From: Trichodelitschia bisporula | Taxonomy: Eukaryota | Direction: 5' to 3' | DNA length: 64,000 nt | Assembly: GCA_010356995.1 (NCBI GenBank) | Contig: ML996690.1 | Location: 1,148,217 to 1,212,216, forward strand | In this document: one piece after another, positions 1 to 12,382 of the stretch | How positions within the stretch are numbered: the stretch's first letter is position 1 | Layout of the letters: each line of letters begins with the position of its first letter | Notes under the pieces: generated by a model | What the model was told of the DNA's origin: nothing | Databases searched by the model: none | What the model saw: the letters and a program-made list of their open reading frames with translations, nothing else | Translations under genes and position numbers: made by a program

Positions 1-344
1 AAAGCAGGGATGAGGCTGAAGCGTCGCAGGTATTGCAGGAGCGCTGGGCAAAGACCACACAAAGATAGCTCCAGCCATCCTGTTGATTGGGCGCGTCGCG
101 TGTGTCGATCGGTAATGACACCCTGATGGCTTCCATTACTCCGCATTTCTCTTGTTGAGCTTCAAACTCACCTTTGTACATCCGTACTGTGGACCTCGCC
201 GCCAGCCTTCTGCCTACCCCCTCGTCCAAACTATCAGCTCACATGGTGGTCGTGGGCGGCGATTAAGTTGAATCATTCTGCGGGCCTTGGAGCAGCTCTT
301 TACAGCTTGGCACCGACCACAGGCCTTTGCGACAGTAAGCCAGC

Positions 345-2457
345 ATGAACGAAAAGCCAAAGGAAGCCGTGAAGGCAGACCTCATCGTCGCCATTGACTA
401 TGGCATGACCTGTCCGTCCCCCAACCCCAATCCCAAACCCTCGCTGAACGCCTGCAGGCACAGGAGTCGCCTACGTCAACCGCACCCGAAGCGACAACAT
501 CCGGCACCTCCAACGCTGGCCCGGCCGCGCCCAAGCCAACGAGAACAAAGTCCCAACAGTCCTAGTATACAACAAAACCGCCGACCAAATGATAAACTGG
601 GGCTTCACCTCCGAAGCCAAGCACTCAGAGCAAAACAACCCCAACGAGCTGTACTGCGACTGGTTCAAGACCTTCCTCGACCCGGCCGTATTGCGCGCCG
701 CGCAAGCCCGCGACCCGGCGAACATACCCTCACAGGCGGATGTCGATCGCTGGACGCAGGACTACCTCCAGGCCCTCTACCAGCATGTCAAGTTCAAGCT
801 CAGCGCCGAGATGCCGGCGCATAAGCCGTGGTCGAGCGCGAAGGTCGAGTTCATTTTCAGCGTGCCGACGACGTGGTCGCCCCACCCGACGGTCGAGAAG
901 TTCCGCACCATTGCGACGCGGGCTGGGTTTGGCGAGTCACCGCTACATGCGGTGAAAGTGAGCTTGACGGAGGCGGAAGCCGCGGCTGTGTATACGTCCG
1001 TTGAGGCGCCTGGGCTTTTTTCTGCGGACGAAGTCGTACTTGTGTGCGATGCTGGCGGGGGCACGACGGATTTGACAATCATGCGGATTCAGAGCGTCGT
1101 AAATCAGCTGCTGTCGTTGAAGCAGCTGGATGTCGTGACGGGAAAGAATATCGGATCCGTCCGTATCGATGAGGCGTTTGAGGATCTCGTCCTTGCCCGC
1201 CTAGAAGCAGCCAATGAAGCCCAGAGCATAGGGCTGGACCTAGATATGGCGGCCTGGCAGATGATGAAGTCAGCGCAGTACCAGGACGCCAAATGCGACT
1301 TTGGCTCGCCAGACGATACAAACTTCTTCGTGCCCATCCAAGGCATCTCCACGGAACACACGAGCCCCCAATTCGGGATCCAGAACGGAAACATGTGCAT
1401 CTCGCTTTACGATCTGCAGACCTTATTCGACAAGCAAATCGAGCGACTCGTCACCCTCATCGACCAGCAGCTAGAAAACTTCCAGAAAAAATACTCGGCC
1501 GACAAAATCGCCCACCTCGTGCTTTCGGGCGGCCTAGGGAACTCGCCGTACGTCCAGAGCCTGCTTAAGGCGCGGTATGCCTTTGGGGCGAGTAAGTTTA
1601 CATGCGCGCAGAACGTCCAGGTCCACGTGGCGCCGGAACCGCAGCTTGCCGTGTGCAAAGGCCTGATTTCGCATCGGATGCGGGAGGTCATTGGAGATCC
1701 GGTTATCAAGCAGCTTTGCTGCCGCGCCTCGTACGGCACAGTCTGCAGGATTCTTTATGACAAGAGGAATCCGACCCATCAAGGTCTGAAGACTTGGAGA
1801 GATCCTCTGAACGGCAAAGAATATGTTGCGCAGGCTATAGCTTGGTTTATTAGGAAGGTATGCTTCCAGTTCGTTGACGTCCGTTGAGTATGGAGCTCAG
1901 AGTGAACAGGGACAACCGGTGGATGTGAAGAAGCCCATCGTACATTTATTCAACCGCAAACTGACACCGGGCGATCCGCGGCGAGCATTCCCGACGAGTG
2001 TGGTGGTCTCACATGTGGACTCGAGGCGGTTACCGATCCAAATAGATCATAGTAAGCAGATACCTCCAAAGTAGCGCAGTCAGGGCCTACTAACCCCTCT
2101 AGACGTCCAAATCCTTTGCGAAATTGTTTCGGATCTCTCCGGCGCGAACGAGGCGAAGTTTGTAAAGAAGTATCGTCACTGGTGGCGGTCGAGCGTCAAA
2201 TATTACAGAGTCGACTACCAGATTAAGGTGGTCGTTGGCCCAGCAGATCTGTGCTTCGAGCTTTGTAAGTTGCTTCCCAGGTTGCTACCAGTCCCCGGCG
2301 GGAGGATAGAAGTTGACGAGTATATCTTGAAGGGTTTGACGGTAAGAAGATGAGCGAGGACACGCCAATCCAGATCGAGTGGCACGACGGACCCATCGCT
2401 GAAATGGATGGAAATGGGCATGAATACCAGGGGCCGGCTGTTGCTGAACTATGGTGA
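345..2457 (+). CDS. Hsp70/actin-like ATPase domain protein (fungal HSPA12-like), 5 exons (approx. 345-411, 458-1857, 1910-2051, 2103-2264, 2333-2457)
   Basis: Splicing joins 'IVAIDYGMT|CTGVAY' (phosphate-1 motif). Also has 'FSVPTTW', 'LTEAEAAA', 'VCDAGGGTTD' and 'LSGGLGNSPYV'. GT..AG introns restore one continuous frame to TGA at 2455-2457. Confidence 0.9.
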
Positions 2458-2585
2458 TTCAACCGAAAGCGGGCATTGGACCGATATCAGCCTCTGCATT
2501 GATGGGGATTGGTTAGCGGGTACAACTGCAGATAGATTCGTTCGGACCGACTCGCCTAACTTTTTGTTACCCATTGACGTTACAT

Positions 2586-2735
2586 CGGCACGCTGATGGG
2601 AGCAGGGCTCGAGCACGCGCAACGGCAACTGTCTAAACTGAAGATTGAAGTTGAAGACGAAGAGAGGAAGAGAGGAAGAGACTCTCGAGACTTAGATATA
2701 CGATGCCAAGTATCCTCCTTTGCTCCTTCCATCTA
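2586..2735 (+). repeat. Dispersed repeat family, copy A
   Basis: 'gctgatgggagcagggctcgagcacgcgcaacggcaactgtctaaactgaagattgaagttgaagacgaagagaggaagagaggaagagactctcgagacttagata...atgccaagtatcct' aligns by eye with 43861-43996, and more weakly with 5101-5250 and 49958-50090. Confidence 0.85.
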
Positions 2736-2980
2736 TCATGCGCTCATTACATCATACCCCTTAGTATGCTCCTTCCTGCCATAACAATGCTCCTTCTATG
2801 TCTACACCACCCGCCGAACCAGTTCTAGGATACTCGCAACTGGATAGGGGAAGCAATTGAGCGTCACCAGTATCACACCCGTCGTCCACACGCTCCGATA
2901 GCATGATGCATTCAATCCATTTCCCTATAAAAGGTCCCAATTTTATCTACATACACTCCTGCCGCAATCCATCCACTACC

Positions 2981-3464
2981 CTAATCCAGCCCAGCACCAG
3001 CCAGCAACTGCGCCAGCGGGCCATCCGCCACGTCCGCCTGAGTGGCAGCACCCGTACCGGCACCAGCCGCACCGGCACCTCCAGCCGCACCGGCACCGGC
3101 ACCAGCACCAGCACCAGCCCCCGCCGCAGCGGCACCAGCCCCCGCCGCCCCAGCCGCACCAGCCGCCTTCTTCGCCTTCTTGCCCTTCTTGCCCTTCTTG
3201 CCCTTCTTGCCCTTGCCCTTCTTGCCCTTGCCAGCTGCAAAAATTAGCAAACAGTACCATAAACAAAGACACAGAGAGTTTACCAGCAGCAGCCGTGTTC
3301 CCGGTATTACCCGTGGTACCCGCAGCGGCGGCGGTGGTGTTGGTGAGCTGCCGCTCGACGAGGCGCGCGACGATGATGTCTGAGGAGTCGGCCTCGGGTG
3401 CGGGGACCGGCGAAGCGATGGCCAGGCTGGCGAGTGTGAGGGCGAGGAAAGTGGTCAGCTTCAT
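2981..3464 (-). CDS. Small secreted low-complexity protein with (GKK)n cationic tract and Ala/Gly repeat; exons 3464-3284 and 3234-2981
   Basis: Signal peptide MKLTTFLALTLASLAIASP and propeptide-like 'VPAPEAD...LVERQ'. Intron GTAAAC..CTAAT..CAG (3283-3235) joins in frame to 'GKGKKGKGKKGKKGKKGKKAKK'. A TATA-like TATAAT sits upstream at ~3638-3633. Confidence 0.8.
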
Positions 3465-5100
3465 TGTTGAGTGTGGGAGAGCGCTGCTCGTCCGTGTTCT
3501 AAATAAAAGTATAGAAGGAGTGTGCACAGCACTGAGAAGTGAAAGGACAGGCGGAAGGTCTGGACTGAACTGAGCTGATGGGCTGGTTTGGGTTGCTGGA
3601 TAATGACAAGATGCTGAGGACAAGGCAAGGCTATTATAGCCCCTCCTAACCCCGGGGGAGGCTCTCGGCCGATCAGCCTCGCCAACCGCCCAGTCCATCC
3701 ACAAAGCTTATCCCCTCCGCAACCCTCCACGCAGGGCGCGAGCCCGCCACGGGAGACGTGCCAGACTCACGCGGGATGCGTAACGGGGGTTTTGATCCGG
3801 GTCGGCGGAGCTAGCACGCGGTTGGACACATAATGTGTAGGGGAAACATGCTGCCAATACTCTCCGAAGTGCTGGCGCGACTGCTTGTCGTCCAGCCTAT
3901 AGTGCCCGCTGCGGGTCTTACATCGCGACGCGGGTGATGGGGGGAGATGTGTGGTGCCTGGGGCCAGGGCGAAACGTGCGTTTCAGCTTGGTATTAGGCT
4001 GGGCAGCACGGGGTGGGGTGAGTGTTTGGAGAGGGAAATGCTCATGCATGGAGGGTTGTTTTCGGGCTGGACGCGTGGATTTGGTGAGGATGGGCACTGG
4101 TGTTGGATGGGCGTTTTTTCGTAATGTTGATGGGATGGCGGATGGGGCGCGGGAGGGGCGGTTGTGGCGCGGCTGGGCGATGGCCGGGCGCGAGGGGATG
4201 CTGTTCCACGGAGTGACGACGCTCACAATTGTAAGGGATAGTTTTGTGAGGGACGCGGGAGATGATGATGCGACGTTGCTATTCATGCGTTGCTGTTGCT
4301 GTTCCTGCGTCAAGCGCTCCTGAGGTGGACATGTCCGCCGAGTTGTACTACGTAGTTCTAGTTCATCAATTGCTGGAACGCGCTGATGTCAAACAGGTTC
4401 ACCATGTCGACAGCAGGCTAAGTCGCCACGACGTCGGCACTCCAAACAGATACCAAGGTGCAGCGACGTCGACATCTCAAACAAATACCAAGGAACTACG
4501 ATGTTAGCAACAGGCTAGAAACGGGCGGAGAAGCAGCTAAGAAGATGGACGTTGTTGACCAAGATCTCGGCCCGCCGCACGATCGCCGCCTGTCAACACT
4601 TGAGCCTCCACGTGTGCCCGGCGCGGAAACGTCAGTGTTGGGGATTGAGTGGTGATCTGCCCGCTTCACTGGAGCGGTGATGGTGCTGCTGCGGTGACGG
4701 ACGAGCTGTCAGCGTTCAAAGCACTGACGGGAGAGATGTCTACCCGCAACGCATTTCCTTCCCCGGATGGGCAGTCAATGGCGAGGCCGCTTAGTCCTTC
4801 TATTGTCTGCGTTTTGCGTGTTTGAAAGATAAATGCGCCGAGGTCTTGGAGTTTACAGTATTACAGGTGACGTTCCTTGTGTTACGAAATCTCTGGTCAT
4901 ACCGCCTTGATGTTGATGGCTGTACTTGTCGATGCGTCCTGACTGGACTTCGGTTCGTTTCCTGCCCTGCTTGCATTCTATCAGCTTTGCCATTCTCCTC
5001 GCAATGGCCGCCTAGCATCACCACCAAATCGGCCATCCGCAAACATCCCAGACTTCACGCATTAGACCACCCACCGACATCAGCATCCCCAACGTCTACG

Positions 5101-5250
5101 CGAATGGAAGCATAGTCTTAGCACGCGCAAATTGGTTACGATGTGAAGTCAAGAGTCGATAAAAGTACGAAGAGAAGAAGAGAGTGAGGAGACGCTCGAA
5201 ACTAAATACATCATGATGCTAAGTATCCTCCTATGCTCCTTCCTCCCATC
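5101..5250 (+). repeat. Dispersed repeat family, copy B (degenerate)
   Basis: 'gaatggaagcatagtcttagcacgcgcaa...gaagagaagaagagagtgaggagacgctcgaaactaaatacatcatgatgctaagtatcctcctatgctccttcc' is colinear with copy A, including the 3' 'agtatcctcct.tgctccttcc'. Confidence 0.7.
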
Positions 5251-5336
5251 ATGTTCCTTCCATCCGACCCATCCACCCAGCCCGCAAAGCCCTTCAAATT
5301 TCTCAACCACCCTTTCCTTCCCATCAGTTCCAACTA

Positions 5337-5428
5337 TCCGATATGGTCTAGTGGTTAGGATCACCCGCTCTCATAGCAGAGTCCGCTTCGGCACCGGGTA
5401 GGCCCGGGTTCGATTCCCGGTATCGGAA
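5337..5428 (+). tRNA. tRNA-Glu(CTC) with 20-nt intron (5374-5393)
   Basis: Acceptor stem TCCGATA/TATCGGA and A-box TGGTCTAGTGG. Anticodon stem ACCCG/CGGGT with CT-CTC-A followed by an intron at the canonical 37/38 position. T-arm CCGGG-TTCGATT-CCCGG, and T-runs downstream (5440-5445, 5463-5469). Confidence 0.95.
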
Positions 5429-5766
5429 AATGAGATATATTTTTGGGCGTTGAAGATGTTGATTTTTTTGCTCTGGGAGAGTTGGTAGCAGTGCTTTTGG
5501 GAGGGGTCTCGTGTCAGGTGGGTGAGGAGAGACTGTAGGCTCGGGAGGTGCGCGACGAGTTGTGATATCGGTGAGCGCGTTGCCAGGAGGCTCCTATGTA
5601 CAGGAATTTTCGTCATCTACTCTGCGCTCGCTCGATAAGAGCTTCATACGGCTCGTGGGGTCAAATCCATATATGTACATGCACACCACATGACCACCAC
5701 AGCGGCGCCGATTAGGTCCAGCCGCGACTGAAGACATAAAGCATAACACACCACGGCCTCCTTTCC

Positions 5767-6457
5767 TCAACCTTGCGGTTGCGACCCCTCCTCCACCCCC
5801 TCCATCTCCCCATTCACCTTCCCCTCCTCACCCTCCCCCTCCCCACCTTCCCTCTTCCCATCCCCATTAACCCCTTCCCCCTCCTCATCCACCCCATCCA
5901 CCTCCTCCCCCTCCCCCTCCCCACCCCCAAACGCCCTCTCCAACTCCTCCACCTCCCTAAGCATAAACTCCACAACCTCCCCCCGATCATTCATCTCCGC
6001 CTCAAACACCGCATCATGTCCCGCCGCATTCAAAACCCCCGCATCCGCCCCATGGTCCAGCAACACCTTCACGACGGGCAGATGCCCGTTCAGCGCCGCC
6101 CAGTGCAGCGGCGTGTTGCCTGCGCGGTTCGGCGTGTTGACGTACTCCGGTGAGGGACATAGGGGCGCGGAGAGGAGCTGTGCAGCAAGATCTGCGGGAC
6201 GACAAATCAACACCTGTTTGAAGGGAAGGGGTACGGGAGCGAAGCTAACCGGCATGCCCGTTCGCACACGCATAGTGCAGCGGCGTATTCCCCGTCTCCG
6301 GATCCGTAGCCGCAAGGAGCACAACCCCAGGCGTGCTGCCGTGCTGTGCTGCCAGGGCCGCGAGGTAGGCAGCTAGATCGGTGGCTTCGCCGGCGCGCGC
6401 GCAGTAGAGGATTTCGGAGGTGTCGTCTTCGGTTAAGGGGAGGGATGTGGTGGCCAT
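5767..6457 (-). CDS. YAR1: Ankyrin-repeat protein Yar1 (Rps3 chaperone); intron 6249-6192
   Basis: 'LTEDDTSEILYCARAGE', two ankyrin cores 'GNTPLHYACANGH' and 'GNTPLHWAALNGH', then 'NAAGHDAVFEAE' and an acidic tail. Confidence 0.85.
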
Positions 6458-6819
6458 GATGTCACTGCGGCGCAGATATTGCGGTAAGAGGATGGCAGTG
6501 TGTATTGAGTGGGGAGTTGGGATAGGAGGATGAAGTGGTGATGCTGGTTTCGTAGTTGGGAGAAAGGTACAAAGTTTGATGTTGGAGGGGCGGAGACGCG
6601 CCGTTGTGATTATCGATAAGAGTTTTTGCTCTGATGCGGGGCGGAGGGATGACGGGCTTGGCTCAGCCCTATCGATATATGTGGCACGCGACGTCATGAG
6701 CAATGAGCTATCGCAAGCGTTCTACGGGAACTCGCTATGCAGAGTATGTACATTGCCCGACCAGGTTTACGGTGTACAGAGGACACTTTTCCCAAACGCC
6801 AATATGCGATGCCGAAAAC

Positions 6820-7940
6820 CTAAGAGCTCTCACTCCCCTCACTCCCCTCCCACTCCCCACCGCTCTCCACCTCCCTCCCAGCGCCATACACAAAAAATTG
6901 CACCAACACACCAACATCCAGCCCCAGCGTACCAAAGCTCCCCACCAACCAACTCGCATTAACAGCCACATACCGCAAATAAATCGCGCTCTTCTCCCCT
7001 GGCGTACACACCCCTTCCGCCTCCCTGCAGCTCCGCGCGGGATCATACGCCATGATACTAAGCACATACGTCAGATTCCCAACACACGCAAACAGGAAAA
7101 AGAGCATCGAGATGCCCTCCGTGCTCTTGCGCCGATAGTTGAGTAACAACTGCGGCACCCGGGATCCGAGATACAGCCCCGCGCATATCCACCCGAAGAC
7201 CTGGCCTAGCACGTTGAAGTGCAGCGTCGGGTCGTCGGCTGGTTCTGGGATAGGTGCCCTCGTCCCATCGGTGCTGAGATACCACCCCACCACTCCGGCG
7301 AAGCAGACGAGGCCTATGACGGCTAGGTTCTGGAGCAGCTGGTGCAGGGCCGAGGGCGGTGGGGGGGGTGGGTGCGGATCGCTGAGCGGTGTAACGGGGG
7401 AGAGATGCGTGCCGTCGACGGCGAGGATGTGTGCGCGCAGCGAGGAGGCGGAGGACCGGCGCTCGAGGCCGTTGTACGTCGCGATCGTGTGTGGGTCGGA
7501 GTGCCCGTTCGAATGCCCATTCCCAGATCCGGGCGGGAGGAGCGAAGTGCGTTCCGTAGGGCCCGTCGGCGTACGGACTTTGTCCTTCAGCGTAAAACCC
7601 TCGTAGTAGAACAACTGCCCCAGCAGCACCAGATCCGCAAGCGTGTAATACACCGCCAGTATAATCTGTCCACACCCATTAGCCTCCACCCCAACCAATT
7701 CTCCAACCCACTCACCATCGTCGGCAAAACCCCCTGCAACACCGCGCCCGCAATGTTAAACACATCGCCCGCGAGCCACACCACGATGAACACGACGCTC
7801 AGGCCCTCGGCGCTCTTCCTTCGGAAGTTCTCGACGATTTGCGGCGAGAAGACGACGACCCAGCAGGCGAGCGAGATGGACCCGCATATCCCGCTCAGGG
7901 CCGCGATGTCGAGGTTTAGGCCTTGCGCGGGGGGGTACAT
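6820..7940 (-). CDS. PQ-loop vacuolar cationic amino-acid transporter (Ypq1/PQLC2 family); intron 7715-7666
   Basis: Two PQ loops, 'CWVVVFSPQIVENFRRKSAEGLS' and 'YLGSRVPQLLLNYRRKSTEGIS', plus a C-terminal 'WLVGSFGTLGLD'. Confidence 0.92.
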
Positions 7941-8816
7941 GGTGATGAGTTTGGGTGGAACGCGGAGAAGTATGAGTAGGTGGCGGGGTGTGTAGAGATT
8001 GGCGAAGAGCTTCACGCGCGGGGTACCGAGTAGCGCAGCGTAGCGTAGCCGAAGCGATCAACTCTAAAACTAATCCCAAGTACTCCAAGCTCCTCCAATT
8101 CTGAGCCCCAGCTGAGATAACATTGGTCAATGTTCTTCCAAAAAATTCTCAAGCCCACACCTCACCCACATCCCCAACCAAGGTACAATTCCAACCGCGC
8201 GTCATCCCCCCCCCAGAAATTTTCACCCCTGCATGGAACCGCCCAGCCCGCCATCCCGTCCCCAAACACCGGAGGCCCGGGCAAACGGGGCGGCACGCGA
8301 ATTACCCCAGACTTTCGGGCCGGGCGGTTCTTGGGAGCGGGGAGAGCCCTGTTCTATTGCGGATTATCGGGCCGGCAGCGCGGATTTACGGGTTGCTCCT
8401 CGAGTCGTGGACTGGCTTTACTAGGTAACTGCTGCTGCGCCGCGGCTGCGGATTTTGTGACGAGCGGCGCGGATGCAGGAACGACTTGGCGAGCTGGTTG
8501 GGCGCCCCTGGTGAGGGGCGGGGAGTGCGAGTAAGGCTAATATTGAGGCGGACTGAGGAGGTGACTCGGAGATGGGAGCCCCTACTCCGTAATCAGCTAC
8601 CCTCTGAGCCGGACTGGGCCATATTCCGTCACGCATAACAGGCAAATCAAGGCACCCGCAGAGTAGCTATGAACCTCGTAATGAGTATCCTTATCCAAAG
8701 CTGCATTGCTGTTGTATTCATCCCGCATAACTCTTGCCTTGTAGAAGACCATCGCGGTCCATGCCATGCATAACACCCCGGTATCCTACCCCGTACCCGT
8801 CTGTAATGCATTACGA

Positions 8817-10456
8817 TCAAAAAACTGTACCGTCGGAGAGAATCATAATCGGGGGTTCGCGGGTGTTAGGTCGCGATACTTCGGCGATTTCGCGCCCGCC
8901 CTGAGGATGTCAGCATCTAGTAGCGTGCGATGTTAAGAGGCGGCATACCTTCCACGTCCCCGCCTCGAGCATTTGCGCCAGCGATAGCGCATCCGACCCA
9001 TGCAGTCCCAGCATGTAATTCACCTCGGCAAGCAGCTCGTCCAAGAAGCCCACCGTCACCGCTCGCCACTCGACAATAACGTCGTCGTCCGCCGTAAAGA
9101 GCGGCACAACCTCGACCTTCGGCTGGCCCTTCTCCTTCGCATTGGCGTGATACTGATCGATACCGCGCTGCGCGTCCTCCGGCTTGAGCGTCAGAAGCCC
9201 GGTATCGATCAGCAGGCCGCCATTGCGGTATTCAGGCAGGCCGGTCATCAGCTCCGCGCCCGCAAAATGTACGTTCAGCAGCTTGTTCATGGGCACCATG
9301 AGCGAGTAGGCCAGCCACTGCGTCAGCTTGTGGAACGGTACGATGTTTTCCCAGGGGTGTGCGGGGTGCGATGGCATAATCGAGAGCGGCCAGGCGTCGC
9401 CGATAGACACACCGTCGATCTTGGTGCGGGTTGCTGGCCAAATCGGGCCCAGGGAGTCCATGAGAATGTCCCAGAAAACAGGAACAGGCACAATGGGTAC
9501 CGATGACGCCTGCGTCGCCGGGTGGGATAGCAAGTAGTCTGCTTTGTTAGCAAATGTGTTAACCGACCGAACCAGACCTACCGAGCATATTCCCGGGCCT
9601 CGCGTCTTCGCCAAACACCTCAGTATTCCGCAGCGCCTCCGCAAGCCGTAGCAGTAGCCCGGTTCGACCCTCCAACCCGTCAATCGGGTTGTCTTCCGTG
9701 ACTTGCAGGCCCCTGGCTACGGCAGCCACGTTTAGGCGCGCCAGGCCGTTGCTATCCACCTGGCAAGGCTCTGCCTCGTTGCTGCTGAACATGCCCGCCT
9801 TGAACATCTCCAGACTGGCAACAGCCAGCCCCTCGCTACGCCGATAGATTCGCCCAGACTCCTTGCTCTTGTATTGCCATTTCATGCCCGCGCCGGCATC
9901 CAGCAGCACGGAGACCAGAAACAGGTCGATCAGCCGGCGTGTGCGTTCCTGCGCGTCCACCGAGCTCGGCCACGCAGCCATTAACTGGTCGACGCGCGGG
10001 CGGCCGCCGACATCGAAGTGCTGCCAGCGGCCGTGCGGGGGAATGGAGGTGTAGTCCGGGGCGTAGTCACGCTACGAGCGGTCAGTCGAACCCCGCACGG
10101 GGCACCCCGCAACCACGAAATCGCCCAATTGGCAGAAGTCAACATACCTTGATGATGGACACGACGTAGCTGGCCGTCTCGGAGAACTTGCTCATGTCGA
10201 TGATGAAGTGCTTGAGCTGGTTGGCCTTGGCCTTGTCCAGCACCAGTTTGCAGCGTTCGCGGACGGCATAGATGCTGCGGAGGTAGGCGGCGGGGTTGTG
10301 GGTTGGATCCGGGGCCTTGGGGAGGGGAATATTCGGTATGGTGGGAGATATGAGGCCGCCGTTCATGGTTCTCGTGGAAGATTTGGAGCTGGAGGAAGGG
10401 AGTTGGTCGGTTGGGGCGAGGACGGGCTTCGACGTTTTGCGGGAGAAGAGACGCAT
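8817..10456 (-). CDS. URC4: Uracil catabolism protein 4 / Urg3 (DUF1688), multi-exon
   Basis: 'YLRSIYAVRERC', 'IPPHGRWQHF', 'DLFLVSVLLDAGAG', 'RSEGLAVASL', 'FHKLTQWLAYSL', 'TGLPEYRNGGL' and C-terminal 'GGREIA...PPIMILSDGTVF*'. Confidence 0.92.
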
Positions 10457-12382
10457 GACGGCTACACCGGGCAGGCTTGTTTCCGAGGCACGCGACCGGG
10501 AACGGACGAGTAACGACGACTTTGTCAAGGAAACGGGACCGATTATGTGTAGAGCTGCCGAGCCGCACAGAGATAGGTCAACTGCAGCGATCTAATGCGA
10601 GAGGGATCCGCGCCAGACAATAACGACCGTTGGATGACAGTGGGGGGCCGCAATGCAAGCGAGAAAAACGAGTGTCTCAAGGCGCGTATCGAGTTGCTCA
10701 GAGGTGGTGGTCGCAGACACGCAGGATTCGAGCTGACAAGAAGAGACGAGGTTCTTTGACGTGCAGAAAAAGATGTGTCAAGACGAAGCAGGGGAAGAGG
10801 AGGGGGAGATGATGAAGAAGCAGAAGCGCTAGACGATATATGAAGAACCACCAACGACCCAGGCCCTTCTGAATAAACACCAACCCAGTCTAGGAAGCAG
10901 CTAGCAGTTCAACAAGCCAAAAGTAAGCCCCTTCCCTATTAATCTAGCAATGCCTCTCAGCGGGCGGCGGCTGCGCTTGCGGGAAAAGGAAAGCAAGTGA
11001 CGGTTGATGGGGATGTGGATAACGGCCGGGTCCACCCAGGGCTCAATTCCCCCCCTCCACAGGGGGAGGGGTGTACAGCATCTAGGCGAGAGAGGGGCAG
11101 TTAAATGGGATCTGTCATCCCCTGCCGTTTGCCGAGGGGCATGGTGTACTGTGTAGCGGGGAGAAGTGGGATGTGGGCTTTTTTTTGCTCTTGTTTAGAC
11201 TTGGGCTTGATGGGAGGGGAATTGGTGGGGAACAGGCGTGAGCGCTTTGACCGATTCGAAGCCGGATGCATCACCGGTGGATAGATGTGCTTTTCCCACT
11301 AGCGAGGTTGAACACGATGATATGAGATGCCCCTGGACGGGGACATGAAGAATGGACAATTGCAGCATGCGCCAGTGCACCAAAACCACATCGCAACGAC
11401 AGCTGACAGCTGCTGTGACAAAGGAACCGTCCCTCCATTCGGCTATATACCCGCGTCGATCCATTATTTGTTGAACACAGTTCTTGATGCGGTCTATATC
11501 GAGAAGCCTGGGCAACGGCTTGGACGGCTTGTGCCTGCAGGTGGGGCTGCAAGTTCTATCTTTCGGCTTCAAAAGGGGGCAGTTCGTGTGTAAGTTGGTA
11601 TAAAAGACCTTGTTTGCGGCCGCTTGGCCACACGCCATCGCTTGCGACCGTTTGATGTTGGTCGCTTCCGAGTTGTACCCGTTCCACACGTACACAAACT
11701 TCCCCGCTGGTCGGTAAGCGTTGATACGGAAAGATCAAGCCGGGCGCAGTGGCTGATTTTGCGTCCCCCTTATCCGGAGTGGCATGTGGTGCCGAAGCGG
11801 ATGAGTGAGCAGAATCGGGCCGTTGTCCTCCCCCTCCCAAGGCTGACGAGCTGCATGTTGCGCTCGATGGAGTGTTACCGAAGCAGCCTGTCTGGACACC
11901 TCCCGTTGTTCTTGCACTCTCTCCCTCTCTCTGCATCTTGCGTCTCTTCTCTCTGTCTCTCTCTCATCCTCAAAATCTGTTTCGACACCCGCACGGGCCA
12001 ACAAACGCCCATTTGTCCCTGAAATGTGGCGCATGGCGCATTTGCGTGGCTTGAACGCCATCAGACGGGAAGGCTGAGCACGGACCAAATTACCCCTTCT
12101 TTAGCGAGTCTGGGGCTGTCACGTGGATAGCGACATCCACGCCACATCTCGGGTCATCAAGCCACAACACTAGCCACAATAATTGATCCCCTTCTTCAGC
12201 CACACATACTGTTATCAGCCACACCGCCTGGGGGTGCCGTTCACGCACCATCAAACCACCCGCTACGTATCACCAACCTCTTAGCAACCCCCTCGCAACG
12301 GCTCTCTGCAAATCTCTGGCTTTCTTATGTCGCGAAACTGCAACCTTATTGTCACTATCCGTATCCCCCGATTCTGCTAGCA

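Noticed and set aside
10600..12380. ORFs in the URC4-SWA2 divergent gap
   Set aside because: No motifs or coding-like composition; a CT-rich tract suggests promoter/UTR sequence.
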